Origin: Octopus vulgaris
Taxonomy: Eukaryota
DNA: 64,000 nt
Assembly (NCBI GenBank): GCA_951406725.2
Contig: OX597837.1
Location: 8,618,001-8,682,000 of the forward strand
Reading direction: 5' to 3'
Translations under genes and position numbers: made by a program
The notes under the pieces: model-generated
Database searches by the model: none
What the model was told of the DNA's origin: nothing
What the model saw: only the letters and a program-made list of their open reading frames with translations
In this document: one piece after another, positions 24,897 to 39,463 of the stretch
Layout of the letters: every line of letters starts with the position of its first letter
How positions within the stretch are numbered: the first letter of the stretch is position 1

Positions 24897-27364
24897 TGGA
24901 ATTAATATATGTTTGTGTACATATATATATGTATATATACATTTGTATATATGTATATAGACATTTGTATATATGTATATATGTATATATACATATATAT
25001 AAACACACACACACACACAGACATATATATATATATATATATATATATTACACAGATGTACACATATACTTGAATACACGTTTCTTGTGTGTGTTTACAT
25101 GTCTTAATTTGTGTCTGTATAATCTTAAGGAATTTCGATCGAAAATCAAAAGTATCTCAAGACGAATTTATTTATTCTTTTTTTATTGTAAAACGCAAAT
25201 AATAGATTTCTTTATTCTAACTACTTTTAATTATGTTTCAATAGCTTTTGCAATCAGAGAAATAAAACAATTGTGAAAGCAACGAAAACGGAAAGAAACG
25301 AAACAATTACGTACAGAATAACAGGTTAAACAGAATACAGCCATACTCTTCCACGGATACGCGTAACTGTGTTTAATTTGGAAATATATACAACACACTG
25401 ACATAAAATTATGCATACATACTTAGATATATATACTCGTATACGCCAACATGTATACATGCTGATACACACATATGAAAATATAGATTTTTGTATTTAC
25501 GTTCATATTGCTTTTATTCTTTCACACTTAAATGTATGAATACAATATTGGTTTGCATATGTTTGGTATGTATATATGTACGTATCTGCGTTTATCGGTA
25601 TAGATGTTTATACGAATGTGCGCGTATAAGCATGTATGTTTACTCATATGCACAAGCAGACACGCGCGCACACACACATACATATACACACACACAACAA
25701 TTTATTTCTGATTTTGTGAATCTAATACTCATACCTCTCCATCTATAATTATATGTACATGTGTATATATATATGTGTGTGTGTGTATATATATATGTGT
25801 GTGTGTTTGTGCATGTGTGTACAAACATACGCTCATATATACATAGAAGCTAAATATATGTACATATATATATATGTACGTATATACGTATACACATATA
25901 TATGTCTGTATACACACACACACATATATATATGTGTGTGTGTGGGTGGTTGTAAGCGTGTGTGTACGTGTGTGTATGTATATGTGTATGGGTGGGTGTA
26001 TATATATATATATATATATATATATGAGTGTGTGTTTGTGTATGCGTGTGTGCATTCGCTTGTAGGCATGTGCTACATTATACATCGGTAATATAGAAAA
26101 TTTTCTTTTGTGTATAATTTTACACCTCTTATTTCAGAAGACGAGAGTTAACTTCGCTCATTTACGGCTTTCGTGATTTGTAGAAGATGAAGAAATTGAA
26201 CCTCAGACCAGAATCCTGGCATGAAACCTTGCAATATAGTAAACCACGATAAATCCAAATGTCGAGCAGGGTGTAGCGTTAAAGTGGTAGTTTTGCTTAT
26301 ATATCTCATTTAGAAGATAGTTACTACTTTCGTTCACTTATCCACGCATGCTGTATTGACAGTTTGACTGGCGTTAATAATCATTGTCCTTATGTTTTTC
26401 ACTCTATTGTCTTGTTCCTCAGCGATTATAATTAGCGATGCAAGTTCCAAACTTTGAACTAAGCCAAGCATATTTCAACTTTCAGTTTATCGGTTTGTAA
26501 TATCTCCCAACCTAAATACTAAATGCATGAGATTTTTACATGCATAAAGCAGATTAGATAAACCTCTAAGCTTTAAATATATTCCGCTATTACGAGGTGA
26601 ATACTTCATTTCTTTTCTTTTTTTCTTTTTGCTTTACAAAGGCTGCATTATAATAAATTATGAGTAACCTTCACGTTAAAACGAAATCGCTTATTAAACG
26701 TCCTTCTTACTCTTGCTATCAGTGTAGCTATCTGCGTATAATGCTATTAGTTTTGAGATAAAGGCCTAAAAATTTTCTCAGATTGTTATCAGGAGAAATA
26801 CGTAGGTTTCAACATTGATGATTATAATAATAACAGCAACATCAACAACAACAGTTGTAATAAAGATAATGCTCACGATAATGTTGAAAATAACGCTTGT
26901 CCCCCCACACCAAGGAATATTATGTACGTACCTGCGTTTATCACGTTCGTTCAAAATTCTAACTCAAATTACATACAGTAAGAAAAAGGAGAGAAGTAAA
27001 GGAGAGAAAAGGAGAGAGAGAGAGAGGAGGGGGAGATAAATCGATTGGTTGTGAAACGTGTGATATCTGATATTGGCCTTTTGTGGGTAATTTTGGACCA
27101 ACTGCAATATCAGAATCAGCATCATGAAATATTAAGTATGATATCTTGATGTACGTAGTCCATACATACATACGTAAATACATACATACATACATACATA
27201 CATAATGTAGCATACGTATCTACTCACGTATTTATAGATAGGTATATAAGTAAATGTATGCACATATACATATAAATATAAATACATATGTGTATGTATA
27301 TATATATATATATATATAAAACTATACATACATATATATATGTATATGTATACATATATATATG

Positions 27365-27412
<48 letters not shown>

Positions 27413-27454
27413 TATACATACATATATATATGTATATGTATACATATATATATG

Positions 27455-27506
<52 letters not shown>

Positions 27507-27660
27507 TTTATATATATATATATGCATATGTGTATATTATGCTTTTGCGTGTGTTTCGTATGTATCTGAGTATATGTTTATGCGTATGCGCGTTCTGGAA
27601 TCCAAGAGAAACTCAGAACTCTACGCAAAAGTCGGGCTGCATTGGCTGCGAAGTAGAGAT

Positions 27661-27725
<65 letters not shown>

Positions 27726-28066
27726 GGGGGAGAGAGGGAGAGAGAGAGAGAGTTAAGGTGAGAGCAGGTGTGTCTGTGTGGGGGTGGAGACAAAGAGAGG
27801 TGAGAGACGGAGGAAGGTGGAAGCAATAATTCCCTGATAAAACTGAAATATTTTCGTGGCCTTCAGTTAAGCAACGATCCTGGCAAGCAATTTGAGAATC
27901 GCAAACGAAGCAAATAGGTCAACGAAAGGAGAATTTCGCGGCATTTATTTGTTTTATTGTTGAACACTAACTACCTCATACAGGCATAAACATGCAGGCG
28001 TGAGCTTATAGCAATGGAGACGTACATACATATATGCATACACACATACACATACATATATATAAC

Positions 28067-28128
<62 letters not shown>

Positions 28129-28204
28129 CACATATATACATATACACTCTGTTAGTCATACATTTGTTCAAAAACATTTATATAATATAAATATATATAT
28201 ATCT

Positions 28205-28249
<45 letters not shown>

Positions 28250-28310
28250 CATATATATATGTATAGATAGATATATTGATATATACATGTATATCTATAT
28301 TTATATATGC

Positions 28311-28361
<51 letters not shown>

Positions 28362-28791
28362 TATGTATGCGTGTGTATATATATACACATATATATATGT
28401 GTGTATGTATATATATATATAGACATATGTATATGTATATGGATATATATATATGTGTATCTATTTATGTATATATCTATCTATCTGTCTGTCTATCTCT
28501 CTTTCTCTCTCTCTCTCTGTATATATATATATATATATCCCCCCACACACACACCTACATTGATATGTAGGTGAAACCGGAGCCAAGCAGCAATAAAGGG
28601 TTAAACACATGTAGCTAGATACAGTAAAAATACAAAGAACTGAAGAAAAATGAACTGAAGAATACCGAAAAACAACGTGCAAGCGGGAGCTGATCAATGG
28701 CGGAGAGAACTGAAGAGAAAAGGAAATTCTAAATAGATGAGGAAAAGTGACATGACAGAGACAGAGAACGTAAGAGAGACAAAGAAAAGAA

Positions 28792-28828
<37 letters not shown>

Positions 28829-29405
28829 AGATTGAGTGTAGGAGAAAGAGAGATTTGGGGAAAGAGCGTAAGAGACAGTTAAATAACGATGTGAAGGCCA
28901 TATTGCTGTGGAAAATACGGTAATACAAAAATAGTAGAGAAACTGAAAAGGAAAGATGGCGGAACAATGGAGTAATATTATAAAATACAAAACAAAAAGA
29001 AAACGAAAGAAAAATAACGGAAGACAAAGAAAAAAGATAACCTCTATGGTGGAGCAGAATTGGGATATCTTAAAATGAGATCTAATTATCATTGCGAACA
29101 CGAAAGGGATATGAAAAACTTGCTTTAGCAATCGTGCTGTTCTTTATGTTATTTGTTTTTTTATTATTATTATTATTTGTTCTCAGTCTTTTCTGTGTAT
29201 CGTTTAATACTTTCCTCGACACACACACACACACAGAGTATGTATGAACATGTTTGCGTGTATGTGTGTGTGTGTGTGTGTACGCATCTAAATCATTGTT
29301 TCAATTTGTTTTAATAGAGTTAGAAAGAAACGCGAGATCCAGATACAAAGATCAAGGTAAGAGAGAAAAACATCTGTAGGTAAAGACAGCAATATACGCA
29401 CATAT

Positions 29406-29480
<75 letters not shown>

Positions 29481-29529
29481 CGTATATATATATATATATA
29501 TATATATCCGTTTATATATATATATGCAT

Positions 29530-29568
<39 letters not shown>

Positions 29569-29808
29569 CGTACATGCACACACACAAATGCAAATGTATT
29601 TGCGTGTGTGTATGTATGTATATAAGTGAGTTTGTGTATTTATGTGTATGCCTGCTTGTGTGTAAGTTAGTTCGTTACAGACATCGTGATAGGGTGACAT
29701 TCTTGGAAATACATTGGTAAACAGATACACGCACACACACATACACACACACACACACAGAAACACAGAAACAGACAACCACACACACACACACATCTGT
29801 AAAGCACG

Positions 29809-29852
<44 letters not shown>

Positions 29853-29968
29853 TGGATATATTTCTAAATATATATATTTTTTTTTATATCGATGTATATA
29901 ATCTATTAACGTGTATTTGTGAGTGTCTTTGTTTCAGCGTTTATCGAGTTACAAAAGTTGAAAGAAAT

Positions 29969-30028
<60 letters not shown>

Positions 30029-30122
30029 AGCTGTAACCTTTCTTTAACAGAGGTCTTGAGAAATGCAAGGGATATTATCATTCAGTTCAGCTACTGATTA
30101 AATCCAACTGTTTTATTAGTTA

Positions 30123-30628
30123 CTAGCAGTATCGCCCGGCGTTGCTCGGGTTTGTAAGGGAAATAACTATATAAGCATTTTTAGAGAGTTACTTCCCTTA
30201 TAAATTCGGGCTTTCTTAGCCATTTTTGTTTTGGTGTCTTCAAGCCATGAAGTCGTTGTTCTAAAAGAACGCTGGTCTCCTTCACAACGCATTACGACGT
30301 TGATTTCTTTACACTCCCTTCCCCACAGCTTCACGAGGGAGGGAAGGGGGAGAAGCAAACAGGTGCAGCTGTGAGCGTGGACGCCAACTCCGCCGCCATC
30401 GACATACGATGCATTTTATGCATTAAAATGGAATAAAAAATGATGTTAAATTATTTTTAAAATCGTAGACTCATCGTAGACGCGCGCTAATAGTCAGACG
30501 GGCTCGATATGAATCACGACTATAAGATACCCGAATTTGGTTAAACTGCACCGCAAAATGTGGGAGGAGTTAGGAATCTAAATCGAAGGGGACAGACACT
30601 CACACAACTAGAGTTTTATATATATAGA
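30123..30628 (-). mobile_element. Non-autonomous Helitron
   Basis: Minus strand 5' TCTATATATATAAAACT; 3' CCCGAGCAACGCCGGG hairpin followed by CGATACTGCTAG; inserted between A and T. Confidence 0.85.
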
Positions 30629-30738
30629 TTTCTCTCCGTTTTTTTCCTCTTCTCGTGCTCCCTTTTTTGTCTTTATCTCTCTTTCGCTTTCTCTCTCTCT
30701 CTCACTCTATCTATCCCTCCTTGTGTTCTGTCTATGTT

Positions 30739-30794
<56 letters not shown>

Positions 30795-30836
30795 GGGACA
30801 GTTTACGAAAAAAACAAAAGACGAAGACAGGTGATA

Positions 30837-30926
<90 letters not shown>

Positions 30927-31322
30927 TCCTACAGATACACGCATACACACATATATGTATATATATATACACACATACATACATACTTACATATACTCCT
31001 GTCAACACATATACACGCAAACATGCACACACACACATACACGTACACAAACATATACACAGACATTCAGAAACGCATGTTCATATGAATTTACGTGCTT
31101 CTACACGATCTTTTGACCTAATAGGATTCGCAGCCAAAACTTGCCGCACGTCATACACTATCGTTAGAAAAATTCATAAGAAATACATTACCCAAAGTCT
31201 GTTTAGAAATACTGAAACGAAAAATAGGATCAAGAATAATGTTCTCCTTCTACATTGTCAATATTCCCTCATATTTGAGAAGAAATCTTATGTATATTGG
31301 TAAATTTAAAGTAAATTTTGTA

Positions 31323-31926
31323 ATCTTCTCAGTTCGGCACACAGCCTTTTAAGTTATTATCTTTTTAAATTTAACAGTTTGAAACTTCGTATACTAGTGT
31401 AATTTCATACGCTGAACATGGGTTACGTTCAATATTTTTCACATTTTGTATTGTAGAAGGTTTTTGTTGTTAAACTTGTCCCATTTGAGTTATTTTAACC
31501 AATCAACGATGTGTATTCGGCTGAAGAAACCTACTGCTCTTTGCGATAGTAATCGAAGTGCAACAACATCCGGGTCATCTTTACTAAATGTAATTTCCAA
31601 CAACCTGCAGATTGTTCGGTGTGTTCTTCTGCTAATCCACGCGTGATTGAAAAATAAATTTAGTAGAGATGACCTGGAATTTGTTGCACTTCGATTACTA
31701 TCGCAAACAACAGTAGGTAGGTTTCTTTAGCTGAATACACGTCGTTGAATGGTTAAATTTACCCAAATACGACACCTTTATCACAAAAAAACTTCTAAAA
31801 TACGAAATTTAATAAAAAATGTTGAAAGTAAGCCGTGTTCAGCGTAAGAAATTACATTAGTATACGAAGTTTCAAGCAGTCTATTAACACTTTTTTTTAA
31901 ATTTGTGAGTCAAACTGAAGAGATCC
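31323..31926. mobile_element. Foldback/MITE with ~270-bp imperfect inverted arms
   Basis: GAAACTTCGTATACTA / TAGTATACGAAGTTTC; TTTGCGATAGTAATCGAAGTGCAACAA / TTGTTGCACTTCGATTACTATCGCAAA; central loop ~31590-31657. Confidence 0.9.
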
Positions 31927-32671
31927 AAATTTTGTATAGTTACAGAAGAACGGAAGCGTAAAATATGCGTATAAACACTTATGTAACGACAAGAATATAA
32001 AGTCTGCCTGGTTGTGAATTATTAATATGTCTTTATGCGGGAATTGATTTATGATATTCCATTAGGAGACAAGTTCTGGAAAGAAGATAGAATTATCGTG
32101 TTGAACAGGAAATTCTTCCTACTGCGTCGCCTCAAAAATGGTTTGTAACCTAAAACGGGACAAGATGTCCATTAAGAATTATTTTAAAATCCTGATAATC
32201 TACTCTTTCTTTATGGAAAGAGGAACAACATTAAGGCGTCAGATAAATTTATTCATATCTTTTCTGTTTTATTTTATTTTCATCTTTTGCAATGATATTT
32301 GAATTTACATGAAAAATAAGTTTATCATAATGTATTATGTATTTTTGTACCTTAATTCTTTCTCAACAAATTTTGCTTAACTTTTTTTAAAATTTGAATA
32401 AGTCTTACATATTTACAGGTTTAGGACAATCGAGTACTAAGAAGAAAATAAACGAGTGAATTTATCTGAGAATTGTAATCTTCACTTACTTCTGTCAACA
32501 TGCTCAGTTTCTATACCAACTCAAAATGGCATCGTTTTCTTATAATATGATTTCTTCCGCTATCCATATAAATAGATTAACTTGAACTAAACAATTTCAA
32601 CTGATTTCTATGGCTGCACTTAACTTTGGATATAGATGACGTTGTTTTTAAATGATCGCTATTTACACAAA

Positions 32672-33091
32672 TATATTCCTAGCCATAAGACAATACGAGA
32701 TTTGAAGACATTTCAAATATAGAATTTTACGCAAGCAAGCGTAGAGAATAACTTGCAGAATACTTGCAGAATAGAGAAATATTGTCCTGGTTCTATTTTA
32801 TTATATCCTTTATGAAAAGAAAAAAGTGAACTTAGAAAAAAGAGAAGAGGCGAGAATAATCTAGTACTCTTTACTCTTCTACTCCTTTACCTGTTTCAGT
32901 CATTTGACTGCGGCCATGCTGGAGCACCACCTTTAATCGAGCAACTCGACTCCGGAACTTATTCTTTGTAAGCCCAGTACTTATTCTATCGGTCTTTCTT
33001 GCCGAACCGCTAAGTAACGGGTACATAAATACACCAGCATCGGCTGTCAAGCAATGCAAGGGGGACAAACACAGACACATAAACACACACA

Positions 33092-33144
<53 letters not shown>

Positions 33145-33516
33145 ACATATATACGACGGGCTTCTTTTCAGTTTCCGTCTACCAAATCCCCTCACAAGTC
33201 TTTGGTCGGCCCTGGGCTATAGTAGAAGACACTTGCCCAAGGTGCCACGCAGTGAGAATGAACCCGGAACCATGTGGTTGGTAAGCAAGCTACTTAACAC
33301 AAAGCCACTCCTGCGCCTATATTTCTAGCCATAAGACAATACGAGCTTTGAAGACATTTCAAACATAGAATTTTACGCAAGCAAGCGTAGAGAATAACTT
33401 GCAGAATACTTTCAGAATAGAGAAATATTGTCATGATTCTATTGTATTATATCTTTTATGAAAAACAAGAGAAATATGCACTTAAGAAAAAGAGAAGAGG
33501 CGAGAATAATCTAGTA
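32672..33516 (+). repeat. ~195-bp direct repeat (32672-32866 / 33318-33516) flanking the SINE
   Basis: Both copies run TATATT.CTAGCCATAAGACAATACGAG ... GAGAAGAGGCGAGAATAATCTAGTA. Confidence 0.93.
32865..33317 (-). mobile_element. Full family-B SINE
   Basis: Complete head-to-tail match to the 23178 copy. Confidence 0.92.
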
Positions 33517-34679
33517 TGTATCAATAAAAATGGAATTTTAACCAGGATATTAATTTGGATTTTTATGTGTGAAAATATATTACAACTACTTTCATTACAA
33601 ATGAATAACTTTATCGTTTATAAAGGGAGTAGATTTTAGAGAAAGCCTATACCTAATTCGATTTATAAAATGGGCGAATGAAACATGGCGGCAGCACTTT
33701 AGTAGGGCAGCATCTGTAATATGTAAAGTTATACGACTTCGTCATTAAAAGACAGAGTAAAAAGGAGCCGCCAAGACTTCCACTGCAAAGGAAATGAAAT
33801 GATAATGGCGAAGCGTTCAAAAACAAGGAAAAATAGTTGAGACAAGAAAATCGCCGCCACAAAGGAAAGGGATTGAAATAAGGAAAGAATCCATTTTGCA
33901 GAGAGACATATGTCTTGGACCCTAAGAGAAAAAAACAACTTATCTTTAAAAACACAAACAGATTTCCACTGCAAAAGAATAGAAGTGGATTGAGGGGGGG
34001 AGCGATATTTAATATATCACAAACAAGAACGATACAGTGATCGACGCATACAAAATTCCTTCGTGTAATTGTGGTCCTCAGGAACCGGAAGTCTTGATTG
34101 TGCTGAAAAAATGTTGGGCTAAAAGTAATTCAAATCTAATGTTATAAAGATAAATGCCGATGTGCCACGAGTGCCACATTTTATTTACTAAATTCAAATG
34201 AAGACAGGCTTTCTTTCTCCAATGCCCAAGTATTTATTTGTTCTTATGCATGCACGCAAAGTTAAATGCATGCGTACGATGGCGTTTCATATGGTTTAAT
34301 ATGTCTTTGCGGGCGATCGAGTTTACTGATGTCGATTATGTAACGCTTTCAGTCTAGGTATTAACGTAAACATATCTAACTATCCATCTATCTAGCTAGC
34401 CAGCTATTTCTCTGTCTGATTATCTTCTATATATTTGGCAATGTTCTCTGTCTATGCACCCGTCTCTTTGTCTATGCATTTATCCAACAAAGTATATTTA
34501 CATACGTGTGTGTGTGCGTGTGTGTGTGTGTGTATTTATGTCTGTGAGCATGTATAAATATATAGATCCAGCGATGAAGCCAGACAGTGAACTTCAGCAT
34601 ACTACGAGGGACATACCGAAAATCCAGTTTAAATTTTAAATTTAGATCTAAATTTTTAATTTGAACTTATATAGAGGGT

Positions 34680-34985
34680 AAAGAGCCATCTTGGGTCATG
34701 AATGACTATGGGATTACACCTAAAAGGTTACCCTCCGAGGCACAAGTCCAGGCAAAGTTGTTTAAGGAGGACCAGCTGTTACTCATGCATACCAGCTCAG
34801 CCCCGCATTTCCACACCACCGATGTTGTCCAAGGGAAAAGCAAAGAGGACGATACAGGTGAGTGAACTGGAGCAACGTGAAATAAAGTGTCTTGCTCAAG
34901 AACACACATGCAGCCCGGTCTACGATTCGAACTCACAACCTAATAATAGTGAACCCGATGTTCTAACCACTGAGTCATATACCAT
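34680..34985 (-). mobile_element. Family-C SINE
   Basis: Reverse complement matches the 50489-50828 body (GGAGGGTAAC...TAGGTG.AATCCCA). Confidence 0.8.
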
Positions 34986-35145
34986 ATATGTTTCTCTCTC
35001 TCTCCTTCTCTCTCTCTCTCTGTATATATATATATATATATATACGCACATACTCCCTCATACACATACACACGAATAGTGTAAGCGAGAGATAACGGTA
35101 AGACATATATATACATCTGTTTTCCGGTGCTTAAGTGAGTGGATG

Positions 35146-35177
<32 letters not shown>

Positions 35178-35527
35178 CATGCGCTTGCGCATAAACAGTC
35201 TCTCTCACTCTCATACACATACACACATATAAATATGCACGTGATAAACCACGAATATGACATATTAGATAGATTTCCATATTAGTAAATATACGTTTCC
35301 AAATAATTGACGTTGAATCTAACTGGCTGGAGAAATATAGCAGACAACTTGACAGCTACCATAAGTTCTATGTATGTATGTATGTATGTATGTATGTATG
35401 TATGTATGTATGTATGTATGTATGTATGTATGCATGTATGTATCTATCTATGTATCTATCTACCAACATATGTGTCGACATACATATCTATCTATCAATC
35501 TGTCTATCTATCGACATATCTACCCAT

Positions 35528-35561
<34 letters not shown>

Positions 35562-35566
35562 CTCTC

Positions 35567-35608
<42 letters not shown>

Positions 35609-35986
35609 GACCTATCTATACATCTATCTATGTCCGTCTGTCTGTCTCTCTCTCTGTTTGTCTGTCTATCTATCTATGACCATGTCTGTGTGTATGTCGG
35701 TATTTGTAAGCTTGTTATTAATTTTATTAATCGATTTTTATAAATACAATGCTTGTCTTACCCACACTTAAGTATAGATAAATATACACACACAAACACA
35801 CACTCGAAGACACATAATACGAAATTATACGTACAAGTTTAAATGTATTAATTATATGTATCATTTCTTACATACATACATGCATATCCATACATACATA
35901 TATACATTTACATACATATATACATATACATACATATGCACTTACATATATATGTATATATATATATAAATTCATGTATAAATATA

Positions 35987-36033
<47 letters not shown>

Positions 36034-36075
36034 TATATATATACATACATATAGATATATAAATGTATATTTTAA

Positions 36076-36111
<36 letters not shown>

Positions 36112-36270
36112 CAACAATTGAGGGTAAAATTAATTAATTATTAATCAATTTCACCAAGTGTTCAGTATGCAAAGGGACCATTTAAGGCGAATTCAAATTA
36201 TTACAGCCCTTTTATATAATATATATATATATATATATGAATATATATATACATACGCACATACACACAT

Positions 36271-36320
<50 letters not shown>

Positions 36321-37053
36321 AGTTAGAGATGTATATGGATATGCCTGTATGTAACAGAGATAGATCACGCCACATATATACACACACATGCACATAAAAC
36401 GTGCATCTGTTTCATATCTGTGACAAAGTCTTTGTGAGCAACAATGCTAAACATTTCCCCCTCCTCACATCTGTAGTACAGTACGACCGAGAATCATTCC
36501 ACTGACACGTAAATAGATATACGATAATTACGTATGCATTTATTTTTAGTGAATGTTCCCCTAATGAAGTTACCACTTCCAGAGTTTGGCAATCGTGCGT
36601 TGTTGTCGAACTGTTGTTCATCATATACGCTTAATGATTATTCACGTTACACACACACATACACACACACATATATATATATATTTATATATAAAGGCCA
36701 CTATAAAGAAATACACAAATAAAATTTATCCACCAATGCGGTGTTGAGCACTCGTTCGCATTGTTCGACATTTACGTACACACACACACACACATACACA
36801 CACACACACATAAGAAAAAGTAACAACAAAAGATTGAGACATCCATATTAGAGAAAGAGAGGATTGTTTACATATTTTATAATTTAGCACGAACATATAC
36901 CTACACATACATAGATACATACATAAATATGGATATATATAGGTTTTTGCTCACACGTGACCATCGTCCAATTTTCTTTTCTTCATGCGAACATATTTCT
37001 TTTCCTGCACGGACTTTCACTAGAACGGACGATTTTATTTATTTATATATCTA

Positions 37054-37098
<45 letters not shown>

Positions 37099-37142
37099 GT
37101 TTGTCTATCAATCTATCTATCTATCTGTTTGTCTGTCAATCC

Positions 37143-37259
<117 letters not shown>

Positions 37260-37370
37260 TATATCATATCTTTTGTCTTTTCAAGAAAATACTTCTCCCA
37301 ACGTTCACTATTTTCCTCTCGTTCTGGTCTAACGACCCTCCATGTTTGTTTTCTTTCGGTTTCCTTGTAT

Positions 37371-37426
<56 letters not shown>

Positions 37427-37439
37427 GTATGTATATGTT

Positions 37440-37509
37440 GTCGCCCGACCTGTATGGAATTATCAAATACATATTCGTTTATTTGACAATTGTATTCAGG
37501 TCGGGCGAC
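37440..37509. other. 70-nt imperfect hairpin (30-bp stem, 10-nt loop)
   Basis: GTCGCCCGACCTG/CAGGTCGGGCGAC perfect 13 bp; AATTATCAAATA/TATTTGACAATT 11/12. Confidence 0.85.
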
Positions 37510-38229
37510 TGCACATAGACTGTGTTGTTATCTCGGAATCAACGTAGTAACATGTTTAAATGGATATTTGTTCTGTACATATAATGCTATACATAAACGT
37601 ATAAATGCATGTTAGACATAGTTGGATTATGAATTTGATATAGATTAAGAAAGAGGGAAGACGGCGAAGGAAACCAAGAAATAATAAGATCTATAAACAA
37701 GAACCTTAAATAAATAAATAAATATATATTTTACAGGAGAAATAAAAAAAAAGTAGATCTCTATATAAACACAAATCTTGTCTTATTTATATCACAATCT
37801 CCCTTGGTTACGAGACGAAGAGGAAACCGTATTTTATCGATTTTCGGTTGACTCAAAACACATATGGTCTAAAAAAATTTGCTTTGTAATTTATGGCAAA
37901 CAGCTGCCGAACCATTTTAAAACTATCGTTATATACTGTAATAGCTGCCTAGTTAAGTAGTGTAGTTCGCATCCTCTTCGTTCTGGGTTCGTTTGCGCTG
38001 TTTACTGACTTGGTGTTTTCTCGCGCGTACAATGAAGTGGATTGACTAAATGAAAAGATACTTAAATGCAATTAACAAGAGCGGTAATACTAGGGAGGTC
38101 AAAATGCATTATGATTCTGGGATATTCCGAGTAGGATTTGATAGACCGAACTCGTGTATCAAAGGCTGCGTTTATGTATGTTGTATGTATATATATATGT
38201 ATGTATGTATGTATGCATGTATGTATGTA

Positions 38230-38435
38230 TTCTATTCTTTTACTTGTTTCAGTCATCTGATTGCGACCATGCTGGTGCACCCCATTTAGTGGAACAAACC
38301 GTTTTCAGAGCTTATTCCTTGTAAGCCTAGTACTTATTCTATTGGTGTATTTTGGCGAAACGCTAAATTACGACGTAAGCACTCCAACATCGATTGTCAA
38401 GTGATGCCGGGGATGGGGACAAACATAGACACACA

Positions 38436-38440
<5 letters not shown>
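38230..38440 (-). mobile_element. Family-B SINE 3' half
   Basis: TTTTACTTGTTTCAGTCATCTGATTGCGACCATGCTGG...GGGGACAAACA. Confidence 0.8.
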
Positions 38441-38472
<32 letters not shown>

Positions 38473-38477
<5 letters not shown>

Positions 38478-38866
38478 GTCATCCTATATGTTCTGTCCGA
38501 TTTTACCTTTGTTTAAACTGATTGAAATTTAATAGTATTTTAGAATGTCTAATAGAATTTAAAATTATTTTTATGCATTTGTGTAGCTTGAAAGTAATTA
38601 AATATTATTTTACTGAATAATAGAATTAAGATTTCTTTGATTAAAATCCTTTCTAACATAGAAGTATCGAAAGAGCATTTAAGCAACATAATGTTTTATG
38701 AGTACAAAAAAGGAATCTCTGCAGACGAAGCGACTCGAAACACACACTCAATGTACGGGAAAGAATGCTTGAATGAAAGGATTTGCAGAAGATGGTTTGC
38801 ATAATTCAGAAGTGGAGATTTCAGCCTTGAAGATGAAGATCGAACAGGACGTTCAGCTGAGTTTGG
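38473..38866 (+). mobile_element. Mariner left end with decayed transposase N-terminus
   Basis: TA|TCAGGTCATCC...TTCTGTCCG TIR-like start; 38658-38866 reads EVSKEHLSNIMFYEYKKGISADEATRN...ERICRRWFA*FRSGDFSLEDEDRTGR (Mos1-type HTH). Confidence 0.85.
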
Positions 38867-38936
38867 AAATGTGAATGCAATATCTATATATATGTGTGAA
38901 CATCGCTGCATTAAGATCTGAAATGTTCCACCTTTT

Positions 38937-39015
38937 CAGCCCTGATGACGGAGACTCGTCTTATCCATTACTGCCGCACATTATGATGAACGACAGCCAG
39001 AAACAGCTGTTGGAT
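38937..39015 (+). ncRNA. Decayed type-I hammerhead fold
   Basis: AGCC-CTGATGA-...long imperfect stem II...-GAAA-CAGCTG-TT-GGAT; triplet GTT, possibly a deaminated GTC-G. Confidence 0.5.
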
Positions 39016-39401
39016 CCATACCATCTTTATTGCACACCTTTAATTCTATCTGTCGTTTGCACTTTGAGTAAGTTGGAGTTATTAATATAAATACTAATAT
39101 ATTTATACTTAAATATTCATCGTCTGAAAGTCTCCATCTTTTGCTTTCTCTCGTTTTTCATGTTTAAATATATATATATATATATATTGTACTTCATGCC
39201 CAAACTGTTATATTTTGTATTTATATCCGCTCAACTTGATCCTTCTAATTAGCTTTTTTTTTCCTCGTGGAATTAATCACATGTAAAGATATTGGAGCCC
39301 AAGATTGAATCTTTGAGCAATAATAACTGTCTTCTATACTGAAAAACTCTGGATCCCATTTCTGGACTATACATACATACATATATACATACATACATAC
39401 A

Positions 39402-39461
<60 letters not shown>

Positions 39462-39463
<2 letters not shown>

